From assembly GCA_947501605.1 (NCBI GenBank), contig CANMWZ010000042.1, positions 1 through 36,180 on the forward strand: a DNA stretch of 36,180 nt. The letters are read 5' to 3'. The position numbers and the translations under genes were made by a program. This stretch comes from Planctomycetota bacterium (GTDB lineage: Bacteria; Planctomycetota; UBA1135; UBA2386). The notes beneath the pieces are model-generated. The model was not told the origin of the DNA, ran no database searches, and worked only from the letters and a program-made list of their open reading frames with translations. Within the stretch, counting starts at the first letter, position 1; each line of letters opens with the position of its first letter. Of this stretch, positions 35,952 through 36,180 are shown one piece after another.

Positions 35952-36180
35952 TCAACATGGCGGAGCAGGTTCGGCTGCGGTCGCTGCAGCAGAACGGGAG
36001 CGACGATGGCACGGGGGCGGCGTTGTTGGAGCGGTTCGGGGTGGAGGAGGATGTGCGGTGGCGGTGGGGCGTGTGTGTGCGGGCGCGGCTGTGCGGGGTG
36101 TATGCGTTGCGGCCGCGGTGGGCGGAGTTGGTGCAGCGGTTGTTGTCTGAAGTGGACGGGATGCTCGCGCGGGGGTGACG
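35952..36180 (+). repeat. direct repeat copy 2: orphan 3' fragment of the phosphotransferase gene (73 aa ORF 35957-36178)
   Basis: 221/229 identical to 33497-33725; runs to the window edge, so its true right end is unknown. Confidence 0.97.

Noticed and set aside
33497..36180. Diversity-generating retroelement template/variable repeat pair
   Set aside because: Only 2 of 8 mismatches involve A, one in each copy, so there is no adenine-specific pattern on either strand. No reverse transcriptase is present in the window.
1..36180. CRISPR array, tRNA/rRNA, IS or integrase
   Set aside because: No regularly spaced short repeats, cloverleaf or rRNA signatures, or DDE/tyrosine/serine recombinase motifs were seen by eye.

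Overview
High-GC bacterial window (core lines hand-counted up to ~75% GC), probably Planctomycetota; this is inferred from protein style, not proven. About 29 densely packed CDSs mix housekeeping genes (LeuA-family synthase, signal peptidase I, class IV aminotransferase, purF, pyrE, Ppm1-like GT2, modA) with signalling genes (stand-alone Hpt, MCP) and secreted or lipoprotein genes (beta-barrel, beta-propeller lipoprotein, HEXXH metallopeptidase). I saw no rRNA, tRNA, CRISPR array, integrase or transposase. The most unusual structure is at the right end. The strongly G-skewed 3' end of an APH-family phosphotransferase gene (33497-33725) recurs 2455 bp downstream (35952-36180, 221/229 identical, cut by the window edge). 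The two copies bracket a ~2.2 kb lower-GC, opposite-strand cargo that has GGTGACG at both ends. Other candidates for undescribed systems: a coupled pair of atypical Zn-dehydrogenase and degenerate SAH-hydrolase-like protein; a MocA-like NTP-transferase/nitroreductase fusion in the pyrE operon; a C-terminal domain shared by two unrelated secreted proteins; a tandem winged-helix-like protein lacking an ATPase; and an AT-hook protein. All calls come from reading motifs by eye; no database search was run.
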